Origin: Myxococcota bacterium
GTDB taxonomy: Bacteria; Myxococcota_A; UBA9042; PHBI01; JAWLBL01
Direction: 5' to 3'
Length of the DNA stretch: 22,489 nt
Assembly: GCA_041687695.1 (NCBI GenBank)
Contig: JAWLBL010000046.1
Span: forward strand, 1-22,489
Part shown: positions 11,138 through 22,489 of the stretch, one piece after another
How the letters are laid out: every line of letters begins with the position of its first letter
Position numbering within the stretch: position 1 is the first letter of the stretch
Program-made: the position numbers and the translations under genes
The notes under the pieces: model-generated
Told to the model about the DNA's origin: nothing
The model's input: the letters and a program-made list of their open reading frames with translations, nothing else
Database searches by the model: none

Positions 11138-13526
11138 TGAACGGCCCCAGCGTCATCGGCAGGCGCATCGGCACGTCGACCCGCGGGCCCGACACGCCGT
11201 ACATGGCGCGATAGACCTGCGACACCGCCACGACCCGCCGCACGTAGCTGCGCGCCTGCTCGTAGGGGATGGTCTCGACGAAGGCGTCCGTCTCGAGGTG
11301 GCCGCGCTTGCGCATCCAGCCGCGGACCGCGCCGCTGCCCGCGTTGTAGCCGGCCAGCGCCAGCGCCGGGTTGCCGCCGAAGTGCTCGAGCAGCTCGGCC
11401 AGGTAGCGCGCGCCGATCTCCAGGTTCGTCTTCGGGTTCCGCAGCGTGCGCGTCGAGACCTGCTTGCCCAGCAGGTGCCGCGCGATGCTGCGCGCCGTGG
11501 CCGGCATGAGCTGCGTCAGCCCGATGGCGCCCGCGCCGCTGACGACGTTGGCCTTGTAGCGGCTCTCGACATAGACCAGCCCGGCCAGCAGCGCCGGGTT
11601 CAGGCCGTTGTCGGCGGCGGTCTGCTCGATGAGCTCGCGGTGCTCGAACGGGAAGAGGCTGCCGTACAGGTCCTCGTCCTCGGCCTGCGGCACCTCGACC
11701 AGCACCCCGTCCGACTTCAGCACGCGCGCCGAGCTGAACGCCTGCCCGGCGCGCCGATGCAGCGCCGCCAGCAGCGCCCGCCCGGTGCCCGGCAGCTGCC
11801 CCGCGTCGAACAGCGCCCCGAGCGCCTCGCGCGCCCCCGCCTCGTCGCCCAGCCGCAGCAGCGCCACCGCCACGTCCAGCTTCGGCCGCCGCACCACGCG
11901 CAGCCCGGTCAGCTCGTCCGGCCGCGGCGGCAGCCCGACCATTGCATACATCGGCGCGTCCTCGGCCGGGACCAGCACCAGCGCCGGCGCGTCCGTCCCC
12001 AGCAGCGCGTCGCGCCGCTGCCCCGCCAGGATCGCGTACCACCCCAGCGGGAAGCGCTCGATCAGCTCGCCGTACTCGCTCAGCGCCTGCTCGCGCTGCC
12101 CGGCCCGCTCGAGGCTGCGCGCCAGCCAGTACCCGGCCCGCTCGGCCCACAGGATCCCCAGCGCGTCCCGCTCGCCGCCGTACTGCTCGTGCACCCGCGT
12201 CAGGTGCACGATCGCCTCGTCGAACCCGCCCCGCAGGTGCGCCGCGAACCCCGCGTGCCACAGCGCCAGCCGGTGCGCCCGCCCGCGATGCCCGCGCAGC
12301 GCCGCCCTCTGGTACAGCGCGTCCGCGTCCAGGTGCAGCCCCTCGCGCGCCAGCAGCCCCGCCGCCTCGACCAGCGCCTCCTCGGCCAGCACGTGGTCCG
12401 GCCAGCCGTCCGCCAACGCCCGGTACGCCTCGGCCGCGTCGTAGTCCAGGTCCTGCTTGCGCAGCACCTCGGCCTGCCCGAACAAAAACCACGGCTCCAG
12501 CGCCGTCCCGGCCACCTTCGCCCGCAGCTCGGCCAGCGCGCCGATGCCCTTCAGCCGCGTCCCCTCGTCCCAGCGGCCCAGCACCGCCTCGGCCCACGCC
12601 AGCGCCCGCTTGCGCGCCGCGCCCTTGCCCTTCAGCGCCGCCAGCTCTCGCCGCGCCTCCTCGGCCTTCGACGCCGACGTGTGCAGCACCCGCCGCGCCA
12701 GCGTCGCCTCGAACGCGGGCGTCGCGTCCAGCGCCTCGAGCCGCTCCCACGCCTTCTGCCCGTAGGCGCCGTCGCCCTCGGCCCACCACAGCGCCTCGAG
12801 CAGCCGCACCGCCCGCGCCCGCTCGCCCGCCTCGAGCTTCAGCTCGGCCGTCAGCAGCGTCAGCCGCGCCTTCACCCCCGACGCCAGCGCGTGCGTCAAC
12901 ACGTCGTCCAGCACCGCGGCCGCCCGCCCGACCTGCGCCGTCCCGCGCACCAGCCCGGCCGCCTCGACGCAGGCCGCCTCGTGCCCCTGCGTCCCCGGCG
13001 TGACCGCCAGCAGCTGCGCCGCCGCGCCCAGCGGGTCCCCCGCCGCGATGAGGTCCTCGGCCAGCGCCCGCCGCGCCAGATCGGCCAGCGACGAGCCCCG
13101 GTCCACCAGCCGCTGCAGGTCGGCGCGCGCCAGCTCGGGCAGGCCCGACCGCCGCTGCAGGGTCGCGCGCAGCCAGCGCGCCGCGTCACGGGTCAGCGGG
13201 TCGCGCCACGGGCTGCTCGCCGAGGGCAGCGGCGCGTCGAGCCGCTCGGTCAGCGCCGCCAGGGCCGCCTGCACGGCCGTCGCCACCTCGGGGTCGCCGT
13301 CGACCACCTGATCGGCGCCGCCCAACCGCTCGAGCGCGGCGCGCGCCTGGGCCAGCACGGGCTCGACCTCGGCGTACGGCCTCAAGTCATAGAGCACCGG
13401 CGTACCCGGCGCCGGCTGCGCCGCGGCGTCGGCCTGGGCCCGCGCGGGCGTAACCCCGACCTCGGCCCACAGCGGCACGAGGCCGACCGCGGCGAGCGCG
13501 AAGATCCTGGCGAGGCGGTGGAGCAT
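11121..13526 (-). CDS. Exported soluble lytic murein transglycosylase (Slt70-like; TPR-like helical repeats plus C-terminal SLT domain), 801 aa
   Basis: Catalytic VES, GAIGLTQLMPATA, NLEIGARYL, ALAGYNAG, FVETIPYEQARSYVRRV. Signal peptide MLHRLARIFALAAVGLVPLW...ARA-Q. Start 13526 is supported by promoter geometry; ATG 13598 with GGAGAGG upstream is an alternative. Confidence 0.9.
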   Translation of the reverse strand: MLHRLARIFALAAVGLVPLWAEVGVTPARAQADAAAQPAPGTPVLYDLRPYAEVEPVLAQARAALERLGGADQVVDGDPEVATAVQAALAALTERLDAPLPSASSPWRDPLTRDAARWLRATLQRRSGLPELARADLQRLVDRGSSLADLARRALAEDLIAAGDPLGAAAQLLAVTPGTQGHEAACVEAAGLVRGTAQVGRAAAVLDDVLTHALASGVKARLTLLTAELKLEAGERARAVRLLEALWWAEGDGAYGQKAWERLEALDATPAFEATLARRVLHTSASKAEEARRELAALKGKGAARKRALAWAEAVLGRWDEGTRLKGIGALAELRAKVAGTALEPWFLFGQAEVLRKQDLDYDAAEAYRALADGWPDHVLAEEALVEAAGLLAREGLHLDADALYQRAALRGHRGRAHRLALWHAGFAAHLRGGFDEAIVHLTRVHEQYGGERDALGILWAERAGYWLARSLERAGQREQALSEYGELIERFPLGWYAILAGQRRDALLGTDAPALVLVPAEDAPMYAMVGLPPRPDELTGLRVVRRPKLDVAVALLRLGDEAGAREALGALFDAGQLPGTGRALLAALHRRAGQAFSSARVLKSDGVLVEVPQAEDEDLYGSLFPFEHRELIEQTAADNGLNPALLAGLVYVESRYKANVVSGAGAIGLTQLMPATARSIARHLLGKQVSTRTLRNPKTNLEIGARYLAELLEHFGGNPALALAGYNAGSGAVRGWMRKRGHLETDAFVETIPYEQARSYVRRVVAVSQVYRAMYGVSGPRVDVPMRLPMTLGPFMGKRR

Positions 13527-13535
13527 GAGGCGCCG

Positions 13536-13564
13536 ACCGTAGCCGGCCTCGGCGGGACCGGCAA
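13536..13564 (-). promoter_or_regulatory. Putative sigma70 promoter of the transglycosylase gene (leaderless or near-leaderless)
   Basis: Minus strand TTGCCG (13559-13564), 17 nt, TACGGT (13536-13541), 9 nt, then ATG 13526 with no Shine-Dalgarno. Confidence 0.55.
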
Positions 13565-13705
13565 GCAAGGTGTCGGGCTGTGCGTCTTCGGTTTCCATGG
13601 CCTCTCCCGCGCCCCGGGGCGCCGGTCGACGAAGGTCGCACGCCCCCGCCGCCGGGGGCAACCTCGAGTTGACCCGGCTTTGCTTTCAATCGCTTACGCT
13701 CGCCC

Positions 13706-13734
13706 TTGACTCGCCGCCGGGCCCCGGCCACATT
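13706..13734 (+). promoter_or_regulatory. Putative sigma70 promoter of the metal-efflux operon (leaderless first ORF)
   Basis: TTGACT (13706-13711), 17 nt, CACATT (13729-13734), 7 nt, then in-frame GTG at 13742. Confidence 0.55.
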
Positions 13735-13741
13735 GGCCGAC

Positions 13742-14155
13742 GTGCGGGTGACCTCCACCATCGTCGCGCTGGCCTTCGCCCTGGTCTCGCTGGGGCTTAC
13801 GCCCGAGTGTTTCTGCCACGCGCCCCCGGCCGCCGCCGCCGCGCCCGCCGACGACGCCCACGCCTGCTGCCACGGCGCCGACCCGCGCGCCGAGCCGCCG
13901 CCCGAGGCCCAGCGCCTGCGCGCCGCCTGCGACAAGGGCTGCTGCGACCCGGCCGAGCAGCTGGCCGAGGCGCCCCCCGCCGAGACCCGCGCCGCGCTGG
14001 ACGCCCCGACCTGGGTCCAGCTGCCCGCGACGCCGTGGCCGCCCGCCGCCCTGGCCGGCCCCCGCGCCGCCGCGCCGCTCGCCCGCTTCATCCGCGGCCC
14101 CCCCTCGGGACCGCCCGCCCCCGCCCTGGCCCACCTCCAAGTCTGGCGCTGCTGA
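13742..14155 (+). CDS. Cys/His-rich small exported or membrane-anchored protein with a late RGPP motif; candidate metal-responsive leader peptide (DUF2946/CruR-like architecture), 137 aa
   Basis: N-terminal hydrophobic helix, then CFCH, HACCH and CDKGCC, a Pro/Ala linker, RGPP at 14093-14104 and tail LAHLQVWRC. Coding-like GC3 bias. First ORF of the efflux operon. Confidence 0.75.
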   Translation: MRVTSTIVALAFALVSLGLTPECFCHAPPAAAAAPADDAHACCHGADPRAEPPPEAQRLRAACDKGCCDPAEQLAEAPPAETRAALDAPTWVQLPATPWPPAALAGPRAAAPLARFIRGPPSGPPAPALAHLQVWRC

Positions 14156-14216
14156 GCCCCCGCAAGGAACGTCGCCGTCCCCGACCGCGCCCCCCCTTGC
14201 CCCGGAGCCCTCCGCC

Positions 14217-15599
14217 ATGTCACCCCGACGCGCCGCCCTCGCGGCGCTGGCCCTCATCGGCTGTGCGCCGGCCGGCTGCGCCACGCCCGCCGAGCGCGCC
14301 GCCCTGCGCGACCTCGACGCGCTCCCGCCCGTCCACGCCCCCGACGACCCCGCCGCCGCCCCCCCGGCCGCGCCCCCGACCAGCCTCGCCGATCTGCTGA
14401 CCCTGGCCGAGCAGCGCAGCCCCGCCCTGCGCGCCGTCCGCTGGCGCGCCCAGGCCGCCGCCGACACGCTGCCGACCGCCCGCAAGCTGCCCGAGCCCCA
14501 GCTGACCGCCCAGGTCATGCCCGGCGCGGCCGACGGCGAGGTCGACCTGATGGAGACGCAGCTGCAGGTCATGCAGAGGCTGCCCTGGCCCACCCGGCCG
14601 GGCCTGTCCGCCGACGTCGCCGCCGCCCAAGCCACCGCCGCCCGCCTGCGCTACGAGGCCGCCCGCCAGCGCCTGCGCGCCCAGGTGCGCCGCCCCTTCG
14701 CCGAGCTGGCCTTCCTCGACCGCACCGAGCGCCTGCTGCGCCTCGAGGAGCGCCTGGTCGCCCAGATCGAGGAGTCCGCCCGCGGCCGCGTGGTCGCCGG
14801 CCGCGCCGATCTGGGCGGCCTCGCCCGCCTGGCCGTGCGCCGCGCCGAGCTGCGCGAGCAGGCCGACGCCCTCGAGGACCGCCGCCGGGGCCTACGCGCC
14901 CAGCTCCGCGCCGCCGCCGGGCTGCCCCCCAACACCCCGCTGCCCACGCCCGCCCTCGAGCCCACCCCCGAGGCGCTGCCCACCTTCGAGGCCCTGGCCG
15001 CGCTCGTAACCGACAACCCCGAGCTGTCGGTCGCCCTGGCCGAGCACGCCGCCGCCCGCGCCGCCGTCGCCCGCGCCGAGGCCGCCGGCCTGCCCGACTT
15101 CACCGTCGGCGCCGGCTTCATGAACCGCGCCGGCATGGGCCACGCCCCCGACATGAACGGCGCCATGCTCATGCTGGGCCTCACCCTGCCCGTCTGGCGC
15201 GACGCCTACGCCGCCGAAGCCGACGCCGCCCGCGCCCGCGCCCACGCCGCCCACGCCGACCGCGACCAGGCCCTGCTCGAGGCCCAGGCCGCCCTGGGCG
15301 CCCTGCTCGCCCGCTGGGACGAGGCCACCCGCCGCGCCCGCGTCGTCGAGCGCGAGCTGGCCCCCGGCACCCGCTCCGCCCTCGAGGCGGCCCTGTCCGG
15401 CCTCGCCGCCGACCGCGCCAGCCTGGTCGACGTGCTCGAGCTCGAGCAGCAGCTCCTGCGCTTCGAGACCCAGCGCGCCCGCGCCGAGGCCGACCGCGTG
15501 CAGGTCCTGGCCGAGCTCGAGGCCCTGCTCGGCCGGACGCTCGCCGCCGTTCACGCCGCCCCCGCCCCCCACGCGCAGCCCGCCCCGGAGGCCCCATGA
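14217..15599 (+). CDS. TolC/OEP-family outer-membrane channel lipoprotein of the heavy-metal RND system, 460 aa
   Basis: Lipobox-like LIG-C/PAG-C, two OEP repeats (AEQRSPAL...LPEPQL and NPEL...LPDFTVG...LGLTLPVW), SLVDVLE, LEALLG. GGAG Shine-Dalgarno. Stop overlaps the next ATG. Confidence 0.88.
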   Translation: MSPRRAALAALALIGCAPAGCATPAERAALRDLDALPPVHAPDDPAAAPPAAPPTSLADLLTLAEQRSPALRAVRWRAQAAADTLPTARKLPEPQLTAQVMPGAADGEVDLMETQLQVMQRLPWPTRPGLSADVAAAQATAARLRYEAARQRLRAQVRRPFAELAFLDRTERLLRLEERLVAQIEESARGRVVAGRADLGGLARLAVRRAELREQADALEDRRRGLRAQLRAAAGLPPNTPLPTPALEPTPEALPTFEALAALVTDNPELSVALAEHAAARAAVARAEAAGLPDFTVGAGFMNRAGMGHAPDMNGAMLMLGLTLPVWRDAYAAEADAARARAHAAHADRDQALLEAQAALGALLARWDEATRRARVVERELAPGTRSALEAALSGLAADRASLVDVLELEQQLLRFETQRARAEADRVQVLAELEALLGRTLAAVHAAPAPHAQPAPEAP

Positions 15600-17793
15600 A
15601 CGCCGCCACCCTCTCGCGCGCCCTGCGCCCCGCCGCCGCCCTGGCCGCCATCCTCCTCGCCGCCGCCTTCGGCGCCTTCATCGCCGCCCCGCCCGCCGAT
15701 CCGGCCCCGGCCCCCACGGCCACCGTGGCCGCCGACGGCGACGAGCACGCCGGCCACGACCACGCCACCGAAGACGCCACCGTCTGGACCTGCTCGATGT
15801 GCCCGCAGGTGCGCCTGTCCGAGCCCGGCAAGTGCCCCATCTGCGGCATGGACCTCATCCCGGTGCAGGCCGGCGCTTCCGGCGGCGCCCAGGTCACCCT
15901 CTCGCCCGAGGCCGCCGCCCTCGCCGGCCTGCGCACCGTCCCGGTCGAGCGCCGCCCCGCCTCGCTGCGCGTCCCCCTGGTCGGCAAGGTCGCCTGGGAC
16001 GACACCCGCGTCGCCCGCATCACCGCCTGGTTCGGCGGCCGCATCGACCGCATGTTCGTCGACTACGCCGGCACCCGCGTCGCCAAGGGCGACCACCTCT
16101 TCGAGCTCTACTCCCCCGAGCTGCTCGTCGCCCAGCAGGAGCTGCTGCAGGCCGCCCGCGACGCCAAGCGCCTGGCCGGCAGCGAGCTGATGCGCGCCTC
16201 CATCGAGGAGACCCTGGCCGCCGCCCGCGACAAGCTGCGCCTGTGGGGCCTGCAGGCCTGGCAGGTCAAGCAGATCCAGGACCGCGGCCGCCCCATGGAG
16301 CGCGTCACCATCTACGCCCCGCTGGGCGGCGTGGTCACCGACAAGGCCGCCCTGCAGGGCAGCTGGGTGTCGACCGGCCAGCCCATCTACACCATCGCCG
16401 ATCTCTCCAAGGTCTGGATCGTCCTCGACGTCCCCGAGTCCGAGGTCCAGTGGATCCGCTACGGCACCCCGCTCACCTTCGAGGTCGCCGCCTGGCCCGG
16501 CCGCCGCTACCGCGCCGAGGTCTCCTTCGTCAGCCCGGCCATGGACCCGCGCACCCGCACGGTCCAGGTCCGCGCCACCGTCGACAACGCCGACCAGTCC
16601 CTCAAGCCCGAGATGTTCGTCCGCGCCACCGTCCACGCCACCCTCGGCGGCGACGGCCACGTCGGCCACGCCCACCACGACCTCGGCGGCCGCTACATCT
16701 GCCCCATGCACCCCGAGGTCACCGCCGACGGCCCCGACCGCTGCACCGTCTGCGGCATGAAGCTGGTCCCCGCCGGTGAGCACTGGCTGGTCAGCGCCTC
16801 CCTCGGCCGGCCCCCGGGCGAGGCCGGCGACCCGCTGCTCATCCCGGCCACCGCCCCGCTGCTGACCGGCCGCCGCGCCGTCGTCTTCGTCGAGGTCCAG
16901 GGCGCCGACCAGCCCACCTATCTCCTGCGCGAGGTCACCCTGGGCCCGCGCGCCGGCGACGCCTACGTCGTGCTCGACGGCCTGATGGAGGGCGAGCGCG
17001 TGGTCGCCGAGGGCGCCTTCAAGCTCGACAGCGCCCTGCAGATCCGCGGCGACCGCTCGGCCATGTCCCTCGGCATCGACGGCGACGGCGCCCAGCCCGC
17101 CGCCTCGCCCCTCGAGGCCCTCGCCGACGCCCTGGCCCACCCCGACGACCCCGACGCCCTGCTCCAGGCCGTCCGCGCCGCCGGCCTCGACGCCCACCTC
17201 CTGCGCGGCCCGGCCGCCTGGCTCGCCCGCGCCACCGAACCGCGCGAGCGCGCCGCCGCCCAGGCCCTGCTCGCCCGCGCCGCCGCCCGCGTCCCCAAGC
17301 TCGCCGTCCCCGAGCCCCCGCCCCCGCCGCGCCGCGAGGCCGGCTTCCCCGCCGCCCTCGACCGCCTGGTCCAGGACGCCGTGGTGGTCGCCGCCGCCCT
17401 CGCCGCCGACGACCCGGCCGCCGCCAAGGCCGCCGCCGCCCCGCTCGCCCCCGCCGTCGCCCAGCTGCTGGCCGCCGCCGGCGAGCCCCTCGACCCCGCC
17501 CTGGCCCAGGCCGCCCAGGCCCTCGGCGCCGGCCCCGCCGAGCTGCCCGCCCAGCGCGCCGCCTTCGGCCGCCTCTCCGCCGCCCTGGTCCCGCTCATCG
17601 ACCTCGAGCGCCCCGCCGGCGTCCCCTGGCAGATCACCTTCTGCCCCATGGTCGACGGCGACCAGGGCGCCTACTGGCTGCAGGCCCCGGGCGACGTGGC
17701 CAACCCCTACTACGGCGCCGAGATGCTGCGCTGCGGCAACGCCGTCGAGATCGGCCCCGCCGAGGCCCCCCCCGCCCCGGGAGGCGCCGCGAA

Positions 17794-17797
<4 letters not shown>
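15596..17797 (+). CDS. cusB: CusB-like periplasmic adaptor (MFP) with two heavy-metal-binding domains and a C-terminal DUF3347-like domain, 733 aa
   Basis: WTCSMCP...GKCPICGMDL; GRIDRMFVDYAG...LYSPELLVAQQELL; IYAPLGGVV; IADLSKVWI; DPRTRTVQVR; LKPEMFV; YICPMHP...CTVCGMKL; GLMEGERVV; FCPM...WLQ...NPYYGAEMLRCG. Confidence 0.88.
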
Positions 17798-21393
<3,596 letters not shown>

Positions 21394-21422
21394 CCCTCCC
21401 TTCACCACCAAGGAGACCCTCC

Positions 21423-22025
21423 ATGAAGCTTCGTCACCTGTCCTTCGCCCTGCTGCTGACCCTGCCCGCCTGCGCCAAGCAGGACGCGCCCGCCCCGGCC
21501 CCGGCCGAGCCGCCCGCCGCCGAGGCCCCCGCCAAGGCCGACGCCCCCGCCAAGGCCGAGGCCCCCGCCAAGGCCGACCAGCCGACCCCGGCCACCGCCG
21601 ACCCGGCGGCCATCGCGGCCAAGCCCCAGGTCATCCAGGACTACGAGGCCGCCCGCGCCGCCCTGGCCGACGACCAGCTCGAGCCCGCCAAGCAGGCCGC
21701 CCAGAAGCTGGCCGCCACCGCCTCGACCGAGGTCTCGACCAGCGAAGGCGCCGCCCAGACCGCCTGGCAGGACCTCGCCACCCACGCCAAGGCCCTGTCC
21801 GCCGAGACCGAGATCGAGGCCGCCCGCAAGACCTACGGCTACGTCTCCAAGGCCCTGCTGCAGCTCATCGCCGCCAAGCCCGACCTCGGCGAGGGCCTGA
21901 CCGCCTTCCGCTGCCCCATGGCCCAGGACTACCCCAAGTGGGTCCAGGTCTCGGACCAGATGGCCAACCCCTACATGGGCAAGCGCATGCTCCAGTGCGG
22001 CGGCAAGGTCCCCATGAAGCCCTGA
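21423..22025 (+). CDS. DUF3347-like putative metal-binding lipoprotein, 200 aa (start MKLRHLSF, inside the 17979..22025 ORF)
   Basis: AAGGAGA Shine-Dalgarno, lipobox LPA-C, Pro/Ala/Lys tether, helical domain (YEAARAALADD...IEAARKTYGYVS), FRCPMA...WVQ...NPYMGKRMLQCG. Confidence 0.85.
   Translation: MKLRHLSFALLLTLPACAKQDAPAPAPAEPPAAEAPAKADAPAKAEAPAKADQPTPATADPAAIAAKPQVIQDYEAARAALADDQLEPAKQAAQKLAATASTEVSTSEGAAQTAWQDLATHAKALSAETEIEAARKTYGYVSKALLQLIAAKPDLGEGLTAFRCPMAQDYPKWVQVSDQMANPYMGKRMLQCGGKVPMKP
21519..21578 (+). repeat. In-frame 18-nt tandem repeat (3.3 copies) encoding an A[ED]APAK linker
   Basis: GCCGAGGCCCCCGCCAAG / GCCGACGCCCCCGCCAAG / GCCGAGGCCCCCGCCAAG / GCCGAC. Confidence 0.85.
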
Positions 22026-22034
22026 CGTCCCCGA

Positions 22035-22068
22035 GAGGCCGGCCGTCCCCACCCGACGCGCCGGCCTC
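22035..22068 (+). terminator. GC-rich hairpin 10 nt after the last operon gene; possible terminator or 3' stabilising stem
   Basis: GAGGCCGGC-CGTC / GACG-C-GCCGGCCTC, 13 bp with a one-base bulge and a 7-nt loop. No U-tract. Confidence 0.4.
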
Positions 22069-22090
22069 CCGCCCCGCCCCGCCCCGGCAC

Positions 22091-22489
22091 CCAGCCGCCC
22101 CGAACCTCCGCCCGCCCCGGGCACCGCCCCCTGGGATCGCCGGCTTCCAGAGGGTGTCGCAAAGCCCAACCGGAGTGCTCCACCTTGGTGGAGCCCCCAT
22201 CCGGCGCAGCTTGCTGCGCCGGGCTTGGCGGCCAGTTCCCGGCGGCAAGCCGCCGGGGCCGGGGCTCCGGCAAGCCGGAGCACTCCATGGCCGCCTCCGC
22301 CGGCATCAGTACGACACCCTCTTCCAGCCGGCCCGAATCTCCGCCCGACCCAGGCACCGCCCCCTGGGATCGCCGGCTTCCAGAGGGTGACGCAAAGCCC
22401 AACCGGAGTGCTCCACCTTGGTGGAGCCCCCATCCGGCGCAGCTTGCTGCGCCGGGCTTGGCGGCCAGTTCCCGGCGGCAAGCCGCCGG
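22091..22489 (+). repeat. Tandem array (233-nt period) of a REPIN/MITE-like four-hairpin element; second copy truncated by window end
   Basis: 22091-22256 matches 22324-22489 with few substitutions. The complete unit has hairpins at 22177-22194, 22201-22222, 22238-22257 and 22264-22281, inverted GGAGTGCTCC ends (22172 and 22286), and 18/21 outer inverted repeats (22139-22159 / 22312-22332). Confidence 0.9.

Noticed and set aside
13669..13700. Definite CueR box
   Set aside because: The spacer length fits MerR-type promoters, but the ACCTTCC-N7-GGAAGGT-like dyad is absent. Kept only as a weak possibility.
21402..22481. ORFs sharing MGAPPRWSTPV (36..1205 +, 21402..22481 -, 21865..22248 -)
   Set aside because: The shared peptide is just translation of the DNA repeat. 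The rest is antisense to real genes and low-complexity.
22091..22489. CRISPR array
   Set aside because: The period is 233 nt with near-identical intervening sequence, so there are no unique spacers, and no cas genes are present.

Overview
Very GC-rich bacterial DNA from a diderm (TolC/RND system, lipoboxes); a Myxococcota/deltaproteobacterial origin is my impression only. Left to right: (1) a partial palindromic REP/REPIN-like repeat at the window start. (2) A minus-strand oppA-oppB-oppC-oppD-oppF peptide ABC transporter operon followed by an SDR oxidoreductase. (3) A small membrane protein. (4) A minus-strand pair: single-domain response regulator plus arginine deiminase. (5) A small hypothetical protein. 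(6) A large helical-repeat SLT lytic transglycosylase. (7) A plus-strand Cu(I)/Ag(I)-type RND efflux operon: Cys/His-rich leader ORF, TolC-family channel, CusB-like adaptor with metal-binding domains, CusA, and a DUF3347-like lipoprotein. (8) Tandem copies of the same REPIN-like repeat at the window end. Four things stand out. The Opp transporter has accessory domains on all extracytoplasmic parts: a ~207-aa four-EF-hand insertion in OppC, a lysine-less biotinyl/lipoyl-like domain in OppB, and an N-terminal extension on OppA. A candidate metal-sensing leader peptide with an RGPP ribosome-arrest-like motif heads the efflux operon. Several sigma70-type promoters sit so close to start codons that the mRNAs look leaderless. 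The repeat is a four-hairpin element with a non-GTAG foot. All family calls come from motif recognition by eye; no database searches were run.
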